Both the position numbers and the translations under genes were made by a program. From Callorhinchus milii (taxonomy: Eukaryota): DNA of 64,000 nucleotides. The stretch spans positions 2,854,001 to 2,918,000 of the forward strand of contig NW_024704742.1 of NCBI RefSeq assembly GCF_018977255.1, in the 5' to 3' direction. A model generated the notes under the pieces. The model was not told the DNA's origin and did not search any database. It worked only from the letters and a program-made list of their open reading frames with translations. Position 1 is the first letter of the stretch. Each line of letters opens with the position of its first letter. Shown in pieces: positions 36,858 to 51,258 of the stretch.

Positions 36858-37075
36858 CTATTACTCTTGCACCCATTGGCTATTACTCCATCATCCCCTC
36901 GCTATTACTCTCCCACCACTCTTGATATTACTCCCTAACCCACTCTCTATTACTCTTCCACCCACTCGCTATTAATCCACCATTACCCCCTTGATGTTAC
37001 TCTCCAACCACCCATACTATTACTCTTGCACTGACCCATGCTATAAACCTATTACTCCCCCACCCATTCGCTATC
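36858..37075. repeat. Degenerate ~22-nt minisatellite, about 10 units
   Basis: Recurring core CTATTACTC followed by C-rich 13-16-mers. Confidence 0.85.
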
Positions 37076-37099
37076 GAATGACATGTTACACCAATGTCC

Positions 37100-37370
37100 C
37101 ATCTGCCTGCTCAGGTGAACATTGACGATCTAATCCCATGGCAGTATTTGAAAAGAAAAGGGTGTTTCTCCCGGTGTCCTGGCCATTAAATTCCCCCTAA
37201 TAAAAGCAGCCACTCACTCCATCACTGTTGTGGGACATTGCTGTGCGCTAATTAGTAACCGTTTCTCGCCCATACACAGCCAATCCACTTTACAGCATAT
37301 GGTGGAAAGCGCTTTGAGACGTCGTGACGACAAGATAATATGCCATGTCAACTGGAAAGGTTATTATTAT
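37100..37370 (+). mobile_element. Deu-domain SINE family B, 5'-truncated
   Basis: tctgcctgctcaggtg...atcccatggcagtatttg...ggtgtcctggcca block. Confidence 0.8.
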
Positions 37371-38519
37371 TGTTAGAAATCTGTCAGCATTTCAACCTCA
37401 CCACCTTCTCAAGTTTCAGACTCACATCCGACCCTCACATATCTTTTTTGCAGAACGTAATTATTATTTTCGGAATATTATCCGCCCCCCACCCACCCTC
37501 CCACCCACCAAGAGATCTTTTGGAAGCAACAATTTGAGCAACTTGTATAACGCCTTTCAAAACTTTCTGAGCACTTTGTGAAGATGGCGTGAGAGCCTAA
37601 GCTGCGAGGGAAATGATAGGGGTGAGGTGGCCAAAGGCACAATCAATAGAGGCAGACTTTTAGTTGTTTTGTTTTTGAAAGCAGAAAGGGAGGGAGCGAA
37701 GCAAGGGAAGTTTGGAAGAAAGTTTCTTAAAGCTGGAGCAAAGTGGCTGAAAACCCTTTATAGTGAAGTCAAATGAAAGAGCAATCAGTCGGACTGTGGT
37801 TTACTTGGCGATTGTTCACAAAGTCATAAGAAATAACGGAATAGCTTGCAGACTCTGTGCAACAAAGGAGCAACATCTAATACTAAAGTCGACTGTATTG
37901 AACCATTCCCCTTGACAGGCGAATGGGGGAAAATATGCCGTTGAGGGAGAAAAGAAAAGTAAATGAAGTCTGACTTATAAATGACTGTGTCGTTGCTATA
38001 TGACCAATTTGCTTTCAGCAGGCATCGTGTCCGCGATTCTCTCGGTACTCAGCGGAAGACGTTCTCTGTAGAATTCCATTTATTGTTATTTTACATCGCA
38101 GCAAAATTGCAACAACTGAAGACTTTTAGTTGTATTTTTTTTGATTCGACTTCTGACAGCACCAAGACATCCCCGGCTCCCCTGGGGTAAACAATATTTT
38201 TCAGCTGCCACACTTCGATGTTAAACCCAACGCTATTTCAATAACAAGGTGATTCAGAATTCCAAGCTAACTCTAATGAGATGGTTTCACCTTCGACAAC
38301 TGTTTTACTAAAATAACCCTCAAAATAAAAAAAAAGAACATTTTACTTAGGAACGTAGGAAAGCAGGAATAGAAGGATACCATTCACCCCTTCTTCAAGA
38401 CTGTTCTGCCAGTTTATTACAGATTATTGAATCCCAATCCGTTCTGACGTAGTATTTAAACCTCTACTACACAAATTTCTAATGCCATGCCAACCTGCCC
38501 TTTTCATCTGCTCTGCAGG

Positions 38520-38812
38520 CACTGACCAGTCTGCCCGTCCCATTATCGGTAGTCGTGCTTTTAGCCTTGTTGTCCCCACTCTCTGGAACTCCATCCCCAA
38601 ATTCCTTCGCCTTGCCCATTCCATAGCCTCATTCAAGGTCCATCTTCAAGACCTTCCTCTTTGACCACGCCTTTGGTTATCTTCCCCCCACTATTCCCTC
38701 GTCCCTGGTTCCCTATCCCTCTTGTATCCAACCCTTCAAACCCTTGATTGTCCAGCGCCTTGCTGGTTCTCCCATCGTGAAAGGCGTGATATAAATGCAA
38801 ATTGTTGCGTCG
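38520..38812 (+). mobile_element. L2 3' fragment
   Basis: Translation PIIGSRAFSLVVPTLWNSIP...FKVHL and tail ccagcgccttg...cgtgaaaggcg. Confidence 0.85.
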
Positions 38813-41800
38813 TTATATCGGTCTATCGCTCTTTCAAACATCAAACGGTCATTCCAGGAAGGTTGGCATTTCCTGACACTTTCTGTCAGTCCACAAAACT
38901 CAACAAAGTTTGCTAAGGACCTGTATGTAATGAATGTTGTCAACGTCAGCGGGGTTTCTGGTTGGCACCTATTCGTAGCTCAAACATGCTGTTAATTCAG
39001 CACTAAACTAGCAATCCAAGTCGAGAGAGACAAGAGAATGAATAATGTGGGAGGTGGCAAGTGTCATGTTGGTGCAACGGGGAGATGCCTTACCAAGGTT
39101 GGCCCTACAGCACCTCGTGCGGGGAGATTAAGGGGAATTACACTCTGTCTCTAACTATGCGGCTCCTGTCTCGAGAATGCTTGATGCCAACCTCGGCTTA
39201 TCTGAAACGGTGAGGGGTTCCATTTCTCAGCACGAACCTCCTCATCTCGGTCGGGGTAACATTCACTGAATGAAACCCTAATTCCTTGAAGGCGTGTCGC
39301 CTTGAAGTTGGTGGAGTTCGGTATTAGTTTTCAGTGTTTCTCGCAGGAAAGCAGGGAGTTCAAAAACTGTAAGAGCACAAAAAGGACAGTGACCCATAAG
39401 ACCATCTCTTTTTGATTGATGCCAACACCTAGCGGAATCTTTAATACCCTTCAACCCCCTGCCCACCCCCCCACCCCCCACGCCCCGCCTTTTGCTCCTG
39501 AAAGTGTCCGGTTTTCTCAACCTTGTTTATGCGGTTTGCTTTCATTTCTTGCATTCCCTGTTCACTCCTAATCTCCAGCTCTTACAATTTCCTGCTATAC
39601 AAATCCTCTGTTATGCTGAACAATGCATTAACAACAACCGCAACTCGCATTTATATAGTGCCCTTCATGGGAGGGCAGTGTCTCGGAGAGCTTAACTGTA
39701 TCGATTCCCTTCATAATTCACCTCCACTAGTTTCTATTGGGTCAGACTCTTCTTTTCAAATGGGAACATGCCCAACTTTCTCATGACTTAATTAGACTGG
39801 AACTGCCAACATCTTGGTTGGCCTGATGTCGCCTCCTCTCTTCTGATTCTCTCATCCGAAAACTTTAGATTTTTGCTCAAAACGTCCCAAAACGTCTTCG
39901 TTCGCAAACCAACAAATTCCTCCCAATAATCGCTTTGAAACCATCGTTCGCGTGGAGATCTTTAATCCATTGTGTGGATCGCTGAGTCACAGAGAACTGC
40001 TGTGCTGCAATACGAAATCTTTTTAATTTTATTTCATATCGTCAACTCTTCCTGAAACGTAGTGCAAGAGCCACTCACTTCTATTCGTCGGAGAGTATTT
40101 ACTTAGTGCGAGAGCTATTATTGGCACAATAATCCTGGGCCAAAAGAAATGATTGCTTAAGTCCATGAAATGTATAGCACTTGAGAAGGGGTCCAGGGGT
40201 TACCCAGATTTTTCATTGCCGGTTGCTTTTGGTTTACACAGCTGGAGGGCTGATCCTGCGAACCACGCACCCGGTGAATGTGCGATGCACATGATAATTG
40301 TGATTCAATACGCTATTTAACATGTCATTTCAACACTGAGAGTGAAATCATTAGACCCCAGAAATGCCCTGAGCTCCCCTCTGGTGTCTTTGGGCCTTCC
40401 ACCGAACCATACTTTGACAGCAATAAAAGCCAGATTCAACATGAGATCCCTTGCATCCAATAAACGCTGCCTTTGAAAATGTTTATCTGAAGTAATGCTA
40501 TTGATGGCCACGGCTAAAAATGTATCCTCGGGCTCCTCCATGTTTAATAGATGTTATTGCTTTTGCACAAAGTGTATGTGCGGTAACCTGTGAATGAATT
40601 CTGAAGCATCAGATACAGTCCGCAGTCAGAGGTGTGAAGTAGCGAGAGAGAGAAAAAAAAATCGCGGAGAGCAAACATCAGAAATAACCAGTTTCACACC
40701 ACCAGATTCCAGCGCTCCGCAAAAGAGCTCAGTTAGTGTTCGCAAAGGATAATCTTCAAACGCATTACAAAGTAAACGGGTCCTGCCTTTTGCTGGATAA
40801 AGAGATGGAAAGTACTCATTCCGAACATAGAAACAGCTTTACAAGTATAGTCTTTGTCAGTGGAATCTTTCTAACCAGATGTACTTTAACAACCGTGCTT
40901 TATCAAAGCCTTTGTTGCCTGTAGTCAGTAGTTATTAAGGCACCACTCAGTCTGGGATTTTTCATAAGTTCAACTACAAACCAATGATTTTCCCAAAGAC
41001 TGGTTATTTTAGAACCATGAAGCCTCGGGTACTGGAACATTTTCTGTGTGAACTTCCAGACCGAGGCATTAGCTTATCCGAATAGTATGACTGTGTCGCC
41101 CCAACTTTCCCCCAAAGTAGAATTGTATTTTAATCTCTCGTCGGAAACTTAAAAACACCACAAGTTGCCGATCTGGAAGCTCACAACGCATGATGCATTG
41201 CAAAGGGATTGCAAAGGGCCGCAATTAGGAGAATACGGGCAGAAAACCAGAAACTCTTAACAGTTGCTATAGCAAAGAGAGACCACGTGATCCAAACTAC
41301 ACTGCACGTAAAGCTGATCAAATACAGCACAGCGTTAGAAATGAAGCCACAATTGCATGAGGCAAAATGAGCCACTAAAGTATTTAAGTTTGATGCATTA
41401 AAGAATATGACGGGATCAGATTATCTCATGTTTGGTGTTGCTAAAATGCGCCATGTCTAATCCCGAGGGGCTATTTAAACGGGTTGGTTAATTTACTGCA
41501 AGCTTCTTTGTAAGAGTGCCCTCTGAAATGTTTTTGAGATGTTTTAATATGATAGGTGCTACATTAAATGCAACGATTATTAAGAGTGGAAGTGTGTATA
41601 ATGAAGAATAGGAACAGGAAAGGGTAAGATTAGAAAGGTTTGTTACTGGACCAGTTGCATAGGAGAGAAAAATGCAGTAGGTGTTAATAGCTAAATTTTA
41701 GTCAGACCATTTTTGAAGCTTGATTCCTGCAGATGTCCTAGTTGATAAATGACATGTGGAGCAGCCAGCCTAAATGCGCTCAAATGGTTAAAGCCAAATG

Positions 41801-44714
41801 AGCTGCCCTCTGATCCTGCTGTGAAGAGTATCTCACCAGTTCAGTGGCAGTTAACTCAAAGGCTGAATCAAGCCAATATTCACCAACGCTGAATTGTACG
41901 TGGTAACCTCAGGATCAAAGGTGCTCCCTGCTAGTTTGATTAAAGTGGGATCACGAGAGAAAGATGCTGGCGTAGAGGTCTGAGATCAAAACATATACCG
42001 AGGCGAGAAGGGAATTGTATGTGAAATAACTCAAAATCAAGGAAGAAGAGGGAATCTCGGAGACCCAGCGAGAGTTGTAGTCTTGCAGAGAAGGAGATAG
42101 TGTGAACGATGTTGAAAACATCCAACTGATGGGGGAAGCGCGGGAGGGGCGATTTATGACCAGTTCTTGTTGGAGATTGAGGAAGTGAAGCAATGTCACT
42201 TCCAGCAATAGAGTGACTGGGGGCAAGGAAGCCTTATGCTTTCTCTAACTAGGTACTTAGATGTCTAGAGCTGAAAGAATTGAGATAAAGGACTCGGGAG
42301 TGTTTGTGCAGTCAGGTAAGATGGCTAAGGTGTATTAGACAAGGGCTGAATTAAGTAGTCGTTTAATCATGCTGCTGTGTTATTTCTGTTCTCGTACAAC
42401 CGCTACACAGGAAAAGGGCTCACTGGATAGTAATTAGGATCTGAGGCTACTTCCACCATGTTGCCTATTCCAGGCTTTGCGGTTCTCAAAGATGATGCTG
42501 GAGGAGCAAGTACTTTTCTCTGTTAACTTGGTGTAAAAGCAAATCCAAGCCTTCAAGCAGGGCTTGCTACATGTTCACCATGAACATATGTCAACCAAGG
42601 CACTGGCGTTTGCACAGGAAACCTTATTACGTTGTCGTGCTGTCTTGAAGCCTTGACAAAAGGCTGGAATCCAAAAACTTCTGACTCAAAGAGGAGATGC
42701 TACCAACTGTCTTGTTTCCTGGATCTTTGTGCTTTGTGTGTAAAGGTTTAAAGGCAGTTTAACCATCAATTACTGAATCAGCAAAAAGCAATGGAAAGTC
42801 TTCAACCCACTTGTTGGTTCCCTTACTGCAGTTCTCCAAAAGTTATTACAAATTTTCTCAAAACTCCAGCGCTTGAATGTCTCCAATTTCTAAGTAATCC
42901 TTGCAGACTACAAAAATATTCCTCTCAGTGCTACAGGACGCTACCCTGTGTGATGGGCGCTATATAAACACAAGTTGTTGCTCAGCAAAATGGATTCCAG
43001 CGCCTGACACAATAGAGGATGAAGTGAAGTGAAGTCTAAGAGCATTGGAATTCTCTCTCCAGGTTCCATCATATTTTCGTAACAGAAAACAGAATGATTG
43101 GGATGTGCACTTTGCACAGATGAGAACCTTGCGATGAAATGAATTTGGATGTACTTGGCTCCTGCTCATGGAATAAAGTCAACTCATTGGGTTATGGTTT
43201 GTACTCCCAGCCCATGTTAGTACTTGGGCACTGTGACCTGCTTGTTCCTCTCTCTTCTACCAGTCTGACCCGCACATTTATTCTTAGCCCTTGGCTCCTG
43301 CTCCCTTGTTTCCTTTACCCGATACTCCTGGATTTCTGGCTCCCAGAGAGTTTACTCACAGCCAGCCGTCCTTCTCCTGTAAAAATAACAGACAGCCTCC
43401 TGGCTTTTCAGTAACTTTGTAAACGCTGTACATTTATTTTGGGGAAAAGCTGGCTTCTGCGAAAATAAATGTAACCTAAAACTAAACCAATTTATTTCCC
43501 AAACCCCAGTAAATTTACTGAACAGTGAAGAATAACCCTTCATGAAGGATCTCTGAGAAAGCATCGCCTGGCAGTAAATATGTCCCCTTGTTCCAGATCT
43601 CATTAGACAGATTTCTTTACTGATTTTTGAGAGAGAGGAGTCTGACACTGAGGACTCAATGGGCTTACTGTACGAAAATCTTGCATCAATGACATGCAAT
43701 TGCCTTGTTCTTCCAGGACTCTGCCTACACGCTCAAATTAATTCCCTCTGCAAGCCAAAGTTAGGTGCGTAAAATATTTTTTATCAGGATGAGTTAGAGT
43801 AGAGTTTAAGCTACAAACGGCACTCGATATAATCGACATCATGGTTGGTATTTGCCTACAAAATATAGTCAAATTTACAGTAAATCCTGTAAAGTGTTTT
43901 GCATCGTGAAAGGTATATTAAATGCAAGTATCATTATTATTATTATTGTTGTTAATAATTGGGTTAGTTCAAGGAGCACATTGAATTAAGCATCTGGCCT
44001 GAGGACTGCTTGACTGAATGCTGAAAAAGTGCCATTTGTTCCTAGTTTTAAAAAAATATAGTCTATCCACAAAACTGTGCCTTACTTCCCATTTGTGATC
44101 TCTGGATTCTGATTAAGGCGTAGAAGCTGGAAGCTTTGTTTCCAAAACTGCTCCAAATGGATCAAACCGACTCACTGAAACTACAAGACACCATTCATTG
44201 CTGGTGCGAAACCATCAGTGAAATGGTCTTCATCATTATGCTTGACCTTACCAGGACACCCGGCTATTGGGTCTGGAGGCTGTGAAATCATTCGACAGGG
44301 TGACCTTGCCGTTTCTATTTGCTGCTCTAGGTTGATTCCGTTGAGGAGCGCATTTACCGAACTGATGGTAACACTGCGTTTCAATCGGTAGCTGCATCAG
44401 ATCATAATTATAGGCTCAAAAGAGCTCGGCTCAAGATGTCCCGCTTGCGTAACATTCCACTGTCTGCCACCGGTAATCAGCTTGGCTTGCAACCATATAC
44501 GATGCTTGCAATGAAAAAGTTCATTCTAAGACCACATTTCGAAGTAGCTAGATTTAGCAGCTACAAGAATGTTCTCCCCCCACCCCAATTAAACCAGCCA
44601 GGGCGGTTTTATTGTATTATTTCAGAGCAGCCGTGTGCTGATGACTTAATACAGCAAAATATGCAAGTGTGGACAAGGTTAACCAAGAATTAAAGCTGAA
44701 CATAACTTTGCCGG

Positions 44715-45040
44715 TGCATTACTGTGGGAGAGCTACCATGTTGGAGGTGTAACCCTTCAGATGAGATGTTAAGTTGAGGTTCTCTCTGCCTGTTAAGGTG
44801 CCTGTTAGAAATTGGTTGTCATGATAGACAATTCAAAGGGAGTTTCTCCTGGTGCTCCAGCCAACAGTCCTCCAGGTCAATTGACCATTTTTCTCATGGC
44901 AGTTTGTGGGATAGTGCTGATAAATATGGCTGCTGCATTTGCCAACAGAAACAGTCACTACATTTGCTGTAATTACTTGTGAAGTGCTTTGATACACTTT
45001 GACTTGATAAGAGACTTTAAATATGCAAATCATTTCTTCT
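44715..45040 (+). mobile_element. Deu-domain SINE family B, diverged
   Basis: ttcagatgagatgttaag..., gggagtttctcctggtg..., gtttgtggga. Confidence 0.75.
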
Positions 45041-46029
45041 TTCATTTCCATGTTATTGCAACCAAATAACAGCCTGTCTTCCTTTGCTCTTTGAACTAGT
45101 GATTAAGTTATTAGTCTCAGCAGTTCAAACAATTCTGATCACGGGGGACTTGACATTATTTCCTATTCCCAGGTGAAGACCCAACACAGTCACCTACAAG
45201 GCTATTGGTTGAACTACTTAAAACAGATCATTAGCGCAAGGAATGGTGTCTTCTTTTGTGGATCAAAAGTCGTATCATAAAACACATGTCAATTGCAACA
45301 CACATATTGCCAAATATTGCCTTTGGCTGTTGAATGTTCATGACTTTTAATAATCCTTTCATCTGATGGAGTGCCTATAACATTGAAATGTCTCAAAGTG
45401 CTTCGCAGAGAATTTCCCGGAGGTTTAGTGACCCTGCAATTTGAAGGAAAACATGGCAGCCAATTAGTGTCATGAGATCTTTAACATCCACCTGAATCGA
45501 TGCACGTTGTGTTCTGCGTTCTTGTTTTTCAGAGTTTATTGGCTATCAGAAATCACAGTTAGCAAGTTTGGACTATTGCAAATCAAATCAAATTATTTCT
45601 CTCACTTCATTTGAAGGATCTAAACTGTCTTGAATTCAAAAAAGGACAACTGAAGTTGATCTGAGATGCAAGGAAATAGATGCTTTAATAATAGACAAGG
45701 CAAATGGCCCCTATGGATTAATATCATACTTCATCGCAAGATCATAAGATTAGTTTGGATGAAGAAGGCCTTTCTGCTCATCTGATCGCATCTTCCAGAA
45801 TACCCACCCTACCTACTCATCAGTAGGACTCAGTGTGCACAACAGTCAGTGGAAGTAGGGATTCTTCCCATTCAGTTCCCGTTAACCCTGCAAATCAAAG
45901 ACCAACAAGGTACAGCGTTCCTAGTTGTCCAAGCAATAGGAACATTTGCCACACAGTGTTTTGAATTGCAAGCTGTACAGTTTTAACTGGTTAATTTCCA
46001 GCAGTAACCCCCCGCCCAAGGCGAACTCC

Positions 46030-46232
46030 AGGGTCCCCAAGCCTTAGCTCTTGCCAGCTTGTTCCAAATGGTCTGTGGAGTTAGATAAGTGGGAGGTAGG
46101 TGCCCTTCCAGGGAGAGAATCCATTCCGATATATGGGAATGTCCATGTGTAGGTGGGATGCATGGGACTTTCAGTTTGGTTTGGATCCTCTCAAGCACGG
46201 TGATTGGTTTCCGCGTGTGTCAAATATCCAGG
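46030..46232 (+). repeat. Unclassified repeat F, copy 3
   Basis: gggtccccaagccttagctcttgcca...tccatgtgtaggtgggatgcatgg...gattggtttccgc. Confidence 0.75.
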
Positions 46233-46699
46233 CTGACCCAAGACTATATGTGTAACTTCAGTGGCTTGGATTCAGAAAGTGTACTTGTACAGCTGTGACA
46301 CCCACAAGTCCTGTGTGGCGCAAACATTAAGGCAAAACATCTTTGGTTACACATTTGCAAATAATGTTTAGTGATAGTCGAATGAGGTTTGGGGGAAAGA
46401 ATCTAACTTTAACCACTTGCTCACTACTTTAACGCATTAGAGACACATAAATGCCGCTCCACTGATTATTGATTTGAACATTGCCTTGCATAGGAGCGGT
46501 CTTCAATCATCTTGTGCTTCTATTGACTGTTCTTTATAATTAGTCCTGTTTAATGTGTGTTTTGTCAGCCATGAATCTATAAACTCTATGCTCTGCATAA
46601 AGACAGCATGATTAAAAAGTGCTTAAACATAAAATCTACAGGTAGCTTTGTTACCTCGAGGCACTGTGAAAGAGCATTTCAGCACAACGTTGCTTTTGA

Positions 46700-47062
46700 A
46701 CTCACAGTCTTGGCTGATATTCCAATACACTACTGGGGAGAGCTGAATTGCCAGAGATGCTGTCCTTCAGATGAAACATTATAAACCGAGGTTCGATCTG
46801 CTTGCTCAGGCGGATGCTGAAGATCCCATGGCATGATGCGAAAATAGAAAGGAGTTTCTCCTGGTGTCCTGGCCAACAATCTCCCAGATAAAGTCCATCA
46901 TTCGCTTCATGGCTGTTTGTGGGATATTGCAGTGCGCAAATTGGCTGCCAAATTCGTCCACAAGTTACAGTCACTACGCTTCATAGTGAATCCTCTGGAG
47001 CATGTTGAGACCTCCTCCTGACGTGAAAGGGTCTGTATCAATTGCAAAGATTATTATTATCG
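46700..47062 (+). mobile_element. Deu-domain SINE family B
   Basis: aaaccgagg..tctgcttgctcaggcggatgctgaagatcccatggca block and tail. Confidence 0.85.
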
Positions 47063-47244
47063 TTGTATTAGTTTGAAGTTGGCTAACCGTTGTGCTGAGG
47101 TAGGAGACACTGTTATGAATTGTATTTCTGCGTGTTTGTTTGATCAAAAGGCAGTTAGCACAACTGACAAATCCCAACCAAACAGAACTTGATTGTGTTG
47201 AAAGGAAGTGACCAATGTGTTGCTGATACATTATTCAAAGAAAA

Positions 47245-47461
47245 TCGTGAATTGAGTGTCCAAATTATTATGGTGGGTTTTTCTTAAGAGATTATTACCT
47301 CCAGAAAGCCAATCCACCAATAGACTAACAACCAGGTTCCTACTTACTGCGAGGTAAACAAAGGTGTATAGAATGAGGAAACTCGTCCAACGTTTCACCC
47401 TGCGCGGGAATCGAACGCAGGTCCTCTCGCTTATGAGGCGAGTGCTCTAACAACTGAGCTT
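47245..47461 (-). mobile_element. SINE family A, 5' half
   Basis: Head and long linker complement; tail absent. Confidence 0.8.
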
Positions 47462-47499
47462 CAGCATTCCACAATGCACCATGCAATGTAAGTAAATCT

Positions 47500-47905
47500 G
47501 AACTCTCTGTTCCTCTTAACTTGAGTCCAAGTCCCCTTGTTGTACCTTTTTTAACCATATTAAACCTATGTTCAGTTCATCCCTCACCCTTTAGGATTTT
47601 GCTTATTTCAATAAGATCAACTCTGTGTCGTCTCTTTTCTCGTGTGCACATTACCAGCTTGATGGGCTCTCCTCATAACTCAGGTACCTAATTACAGCTA
47701 TCAATTCAGTTGCCCTTCACGCTACTCTGCTCAATGCCAAGACAACCTTGCTCTATTATGGTAACCAGAATTGTACGTGATATTCCAAGTGGGGTCAGAC
47801 CAGTGACCTGTTCTAGTTCAGCGTCACCTCCTAATACTTACACTCTATCACTTTACCTGTATGTCCCAAGATTTTAGGACTAACATACAGCATAATGCAT
47901 TGTGT
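47500..47905 (-). mobile_element. Decayed CR1 ORF2 fragment
   Basis: Complement reads cactggtctgaccccacttggaatat..gtacaattctgg (LV.PHLEY.VQFW-like). Confidence 0.7.
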
Positions 47906-48439
47906 GAGACCCAAGTTTTCCTCTTTAGTGATTATATGAACATTAGGATCCTAGGTCTTTAAGTGGCTGGGATTGCAATGCCTTTTACAGAAATACAATA
48001 GCTGCTGATGAAGTGATATCAGGAGACATGCAATCACTATTCCTAGCCTGACAGGAATATTTAACTTCTGATTTGAATGCTAACAATTGCGCTCTCAGAA
48101 AATCCTCATTTAGACGCACAAATCTATGCTGTCAGCTCTGCGAATCCAAGAAAGTTACCAGCAAATGACGCCAGAACAGAATAGAGAATAATTTCGGGAA
48201 ACAGCTGTGATATTGAAGGATGCTTCTTCCTGCGCGTGGTTACTAACAAGACCCAGCCACAGGATTCCATTATCTTGTATTTTCCACACCAATTTCATGA
48301 AGATCTGACATGACCACAGTTTCCATGAACGCTTTTCCCGCCAGTTGTGAGTGAGCTCCTTGGACGGATCTTGCTTTCTCCAGCAAACATGGAATTGCAT
48401 AATGGATAATGATGGATAAGCTAATATCCTTGAATGTGG

Positions 48440-49474
48440 CACTAAACCAAGGTCCCATTTTGCTTGTTATTGTGGTGGATGTTAAAAATCCCATTCTACT
48501 GTTTGACAAGAGAAGGGAAGTTTTTCCCTCTGTCCTGGCTAACAATCCTCCATATTAATGGTTTGTTCACTAATCCACTACTTCTGGTTTCAGTCGCTGG
48601 ACTTCACATTAATTAGTGTAAATGAATTAGTTCACACACAAAACCCACAGTCACTGCATTTTACAGAACATCCCGTGAAGCGATTTGGGATATCCTCCCC
48701 ACGTAAAAGGTGCTATATCAAATGTAAGGATTTTTATTAGAATTTATTATTAATTGAGTTTTTTTTTAACATGAAAAAACGAAATAATAATTTCTCACCA
48801 TTGGATTGCAAATTTACAAATCTACCAATCTTTCAATGCAAAATATGAGGGTGCCATGTGTTTAGCAATTAGGAATGTAGAAACCATAATAATAATAATC
48901 CTTACATTTGATGTAGCACCTTTCATGTCGGGAGAATGTCTCAAAGTGCTTTATAGGTTTGACTGTAAAGTGCAGTGATTCTGTGTTTTGTAGGTGAACA
49001 CGGCAGCCAATTTTCGTGCAGCAATGTCCCATAAACAGCCATGAAGTGAATGACCAATTTTATAAGTTAGTTGAGTAAAAGTTCCATTCACTGTTAAACA
49101 CATCACAAAAGGTGATGTCTGCCAACGTCCATGAGTCATCAAAGCTACTGACATATACAGGCGTCCTGTAGCTCAGTAGTTAGAGCGCTCGCCTCGCAAG
49201 TGGAAGACCTGGGTTTGTTTCTCGGCCAGGGTGAAACCTTGGGCAAGTTTCCTTACTCCACACGCCTGATAATAATTCCGCAAGAAAAAAAAACAATAAT
49301 AAATTGGTCACTTCAATCCACGACGGGTTGTGGAGACGCTGCTGTGCGCAATTGGCTGCCGCGTTTCGCCCACAAATATAGTCAATTCACTTTACAGTAT
49401 ATTCCGTGAAGCCCTTTGAGGCGTTGAGAAGAAGTGAAAAGCGCTATATTTAATGCAAGAATTATATTTATTAT
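48440..49474. mobile_element. SINE cluster: family B plus (48440-48740), minus 3' fragment (48887-49060), family A short full-length plus (49160-49474)
   Basis: Family diagnostic blocks present in each segment. Confidence 0.8.
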
Positions 49475-49636
49475 AACGTTGAATAGAATTTTAATGTCCT
49501 CATGATTTACGAATGAAAAACTTCAAGGGATAGTGAAGATTACATGAGACAGGCGGTGTAAACTATGTTATTACCTCCTCATGTGATTTCATTGCTGCTT
49601 CCTGAATTTTTAAAATATCCAAATAATTATACTTTT

Positions 49637-49860
49637 CATAGAATCATGGAATCATATAGCACAGAAGGAGGCCATTTGGCCCATCGTGTCTGTACCGTCT
49701 TTTTGAAAAGCGGTCCAAATTAACCCCACTCCCCTGCTCTCTCTCCCCATAGCCCTGTAAATTTGTCCTCCACAAATATCATCTACTTCCCTCTTGAAAG
49801 TTGTTATCAAATCGACTTCCATCACCCTTTCAGGCAATGTATTGCAGATCCAAACAACTC
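49637..49860 (-). mobile_element. CR1 3' end with ATTCTRTG-type octamer tail
   Basis: catagaatcatggaatcata tail complement; translation PERVMEVDLITTFKREVD. Confidence 0.88.
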
Positions 49861-49861
49861 A

Positions 49862-50113
49862 ACGCATCTTTTGACTCATCTGGAAACGGATCACTGGGCT
49901 TAAGAACCAAACAGATTTCCATGCATCCCACCTACGCTTGGAAGTTCCTGTGTATTAGAATGCAATGCATACTCTCTCCCTGGAGTGAAACATCCTGCTT
50001 ATTTAATTCCAGAGAATATTAAGCACAGGCTGGCAGGAGCCAAGGCTTGGTGTTCCAAGAGTATGCGTTGGAGTAATGTTGGAGTCTAACCACTATTGAG
50101 AGTACTGCCCGGC
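49862..50113 (-). repeat. Unclassified repeat F, copy 4
   Basis: Reverse complement aligns with copies 1, 3 and 5. Confidence 0.75.
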
Positions 50114-50857
50114 AAGCTTTCCTACTGCTTCTCCAGCTATACCACATTAACCATTAGGGCTCTGGCTTACAAGGTTAAGGGGAGCTGACTGGGTATAATA
50201 CCTTCCCCCAGGTACTTCTCCAAATCCTGCCGATCAGCCATTCAGCATTGCCCCAAGAGTACTGTGGGCTCACCTGGCTCAGAAACCACCATCCCTGGTA
50301 ACCTGTTTGCAGCTGTTATTTAGCCTCTGTGTAAAGAAAATATTCATCGAAGCAATCCCATTAACTCACAAGCACTTGGGACTTGGGCATTCACTAAACC
50401 TTATTCCCAACAGAATTAAATCTGATCCGTTTACTTCGAAGAGGAAGCCAATTTACTTAATCTTGCATTAAAATATTTCTAAGATGGGATGCACAAAGCT
50501 TGTCAGCAAACTATCACCTCTCCTGAAACAGTGCAGTTTATGCAGTTGAGTCCGTCCTCGCTTACCATTCATTCCAACTTATCCTGTAAGAAATGGTGTG
50601 TTGGGAACAGATCACTTTGTCAAGCATGAACATCTACAGATCTACATGTTGCCAATTCCCACTGCTTTTGAACTGTGATAAATTTTGTCATGTAATATTT
50701 ATATTCCTTTCAATATACCATTCTCTTTTTTCATGCTCACTGCCCTTGGAGGAGACAGAAATATATTTTTTTAATGTAGCTCTATTCAGATTTTTTTTTG
50801 TTGAAGAAACTTTGGAACTTGTTTTGTGTTTGCCATATGGAAGCAACTGCATTATTA

Positions 50858-51258
50858 AATAATAATAATACTTATATTTGGCATATTACCTTTCTCATTA
50901 GGTGGGACATGCCAAAGTGCTTCACGTGATTTATCGAAACTCTGGTGAATGTGTATTTTGTGTGCAAACATGGTTCCGCAAACAGCCATGAAGTGAATGA
51001 TCAATTTTATTTGGGTGAATGTTGGCCAGGACCCTGGGAGAAACTCCCTTCTCTTTTTGAATAGTGCCATGGGATCTTTAACATCCAACGAAACTAGCAG
51101 ACAGATCCTCAGCTTAAAATCCCATACAAAGGATCTCACCTCCAGTGCTCCATTGGAGCGTCAGCTTAGTCTGTGTGAGTTCAAGTCCTGACGTGCAGCT
51201 TGAGTTCCACAAACTTCCGACTTAGAGGTGAAAGTGCTATCGACTCAGCCAGGCTGAT
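50858..51258 (-). mobile_element. Deu-domain SINE family B
   Basis: gtgccatgggatctttaacatcc block and head complement. Confidence 0.85.

Noticed and set aside
36858..37075. CRISPR-like repeat-spacer appearance
   Set aside because: Core is only 9 nt, intervening segments are related to each other, the context is vertebrate and there are no cas genes.
41950..42230. Possible decayed L2 reverse-transcriptase core on the minus strand (DVFNIVHTI)
   Set aside because: Similarity is too weak to call without a profile search.
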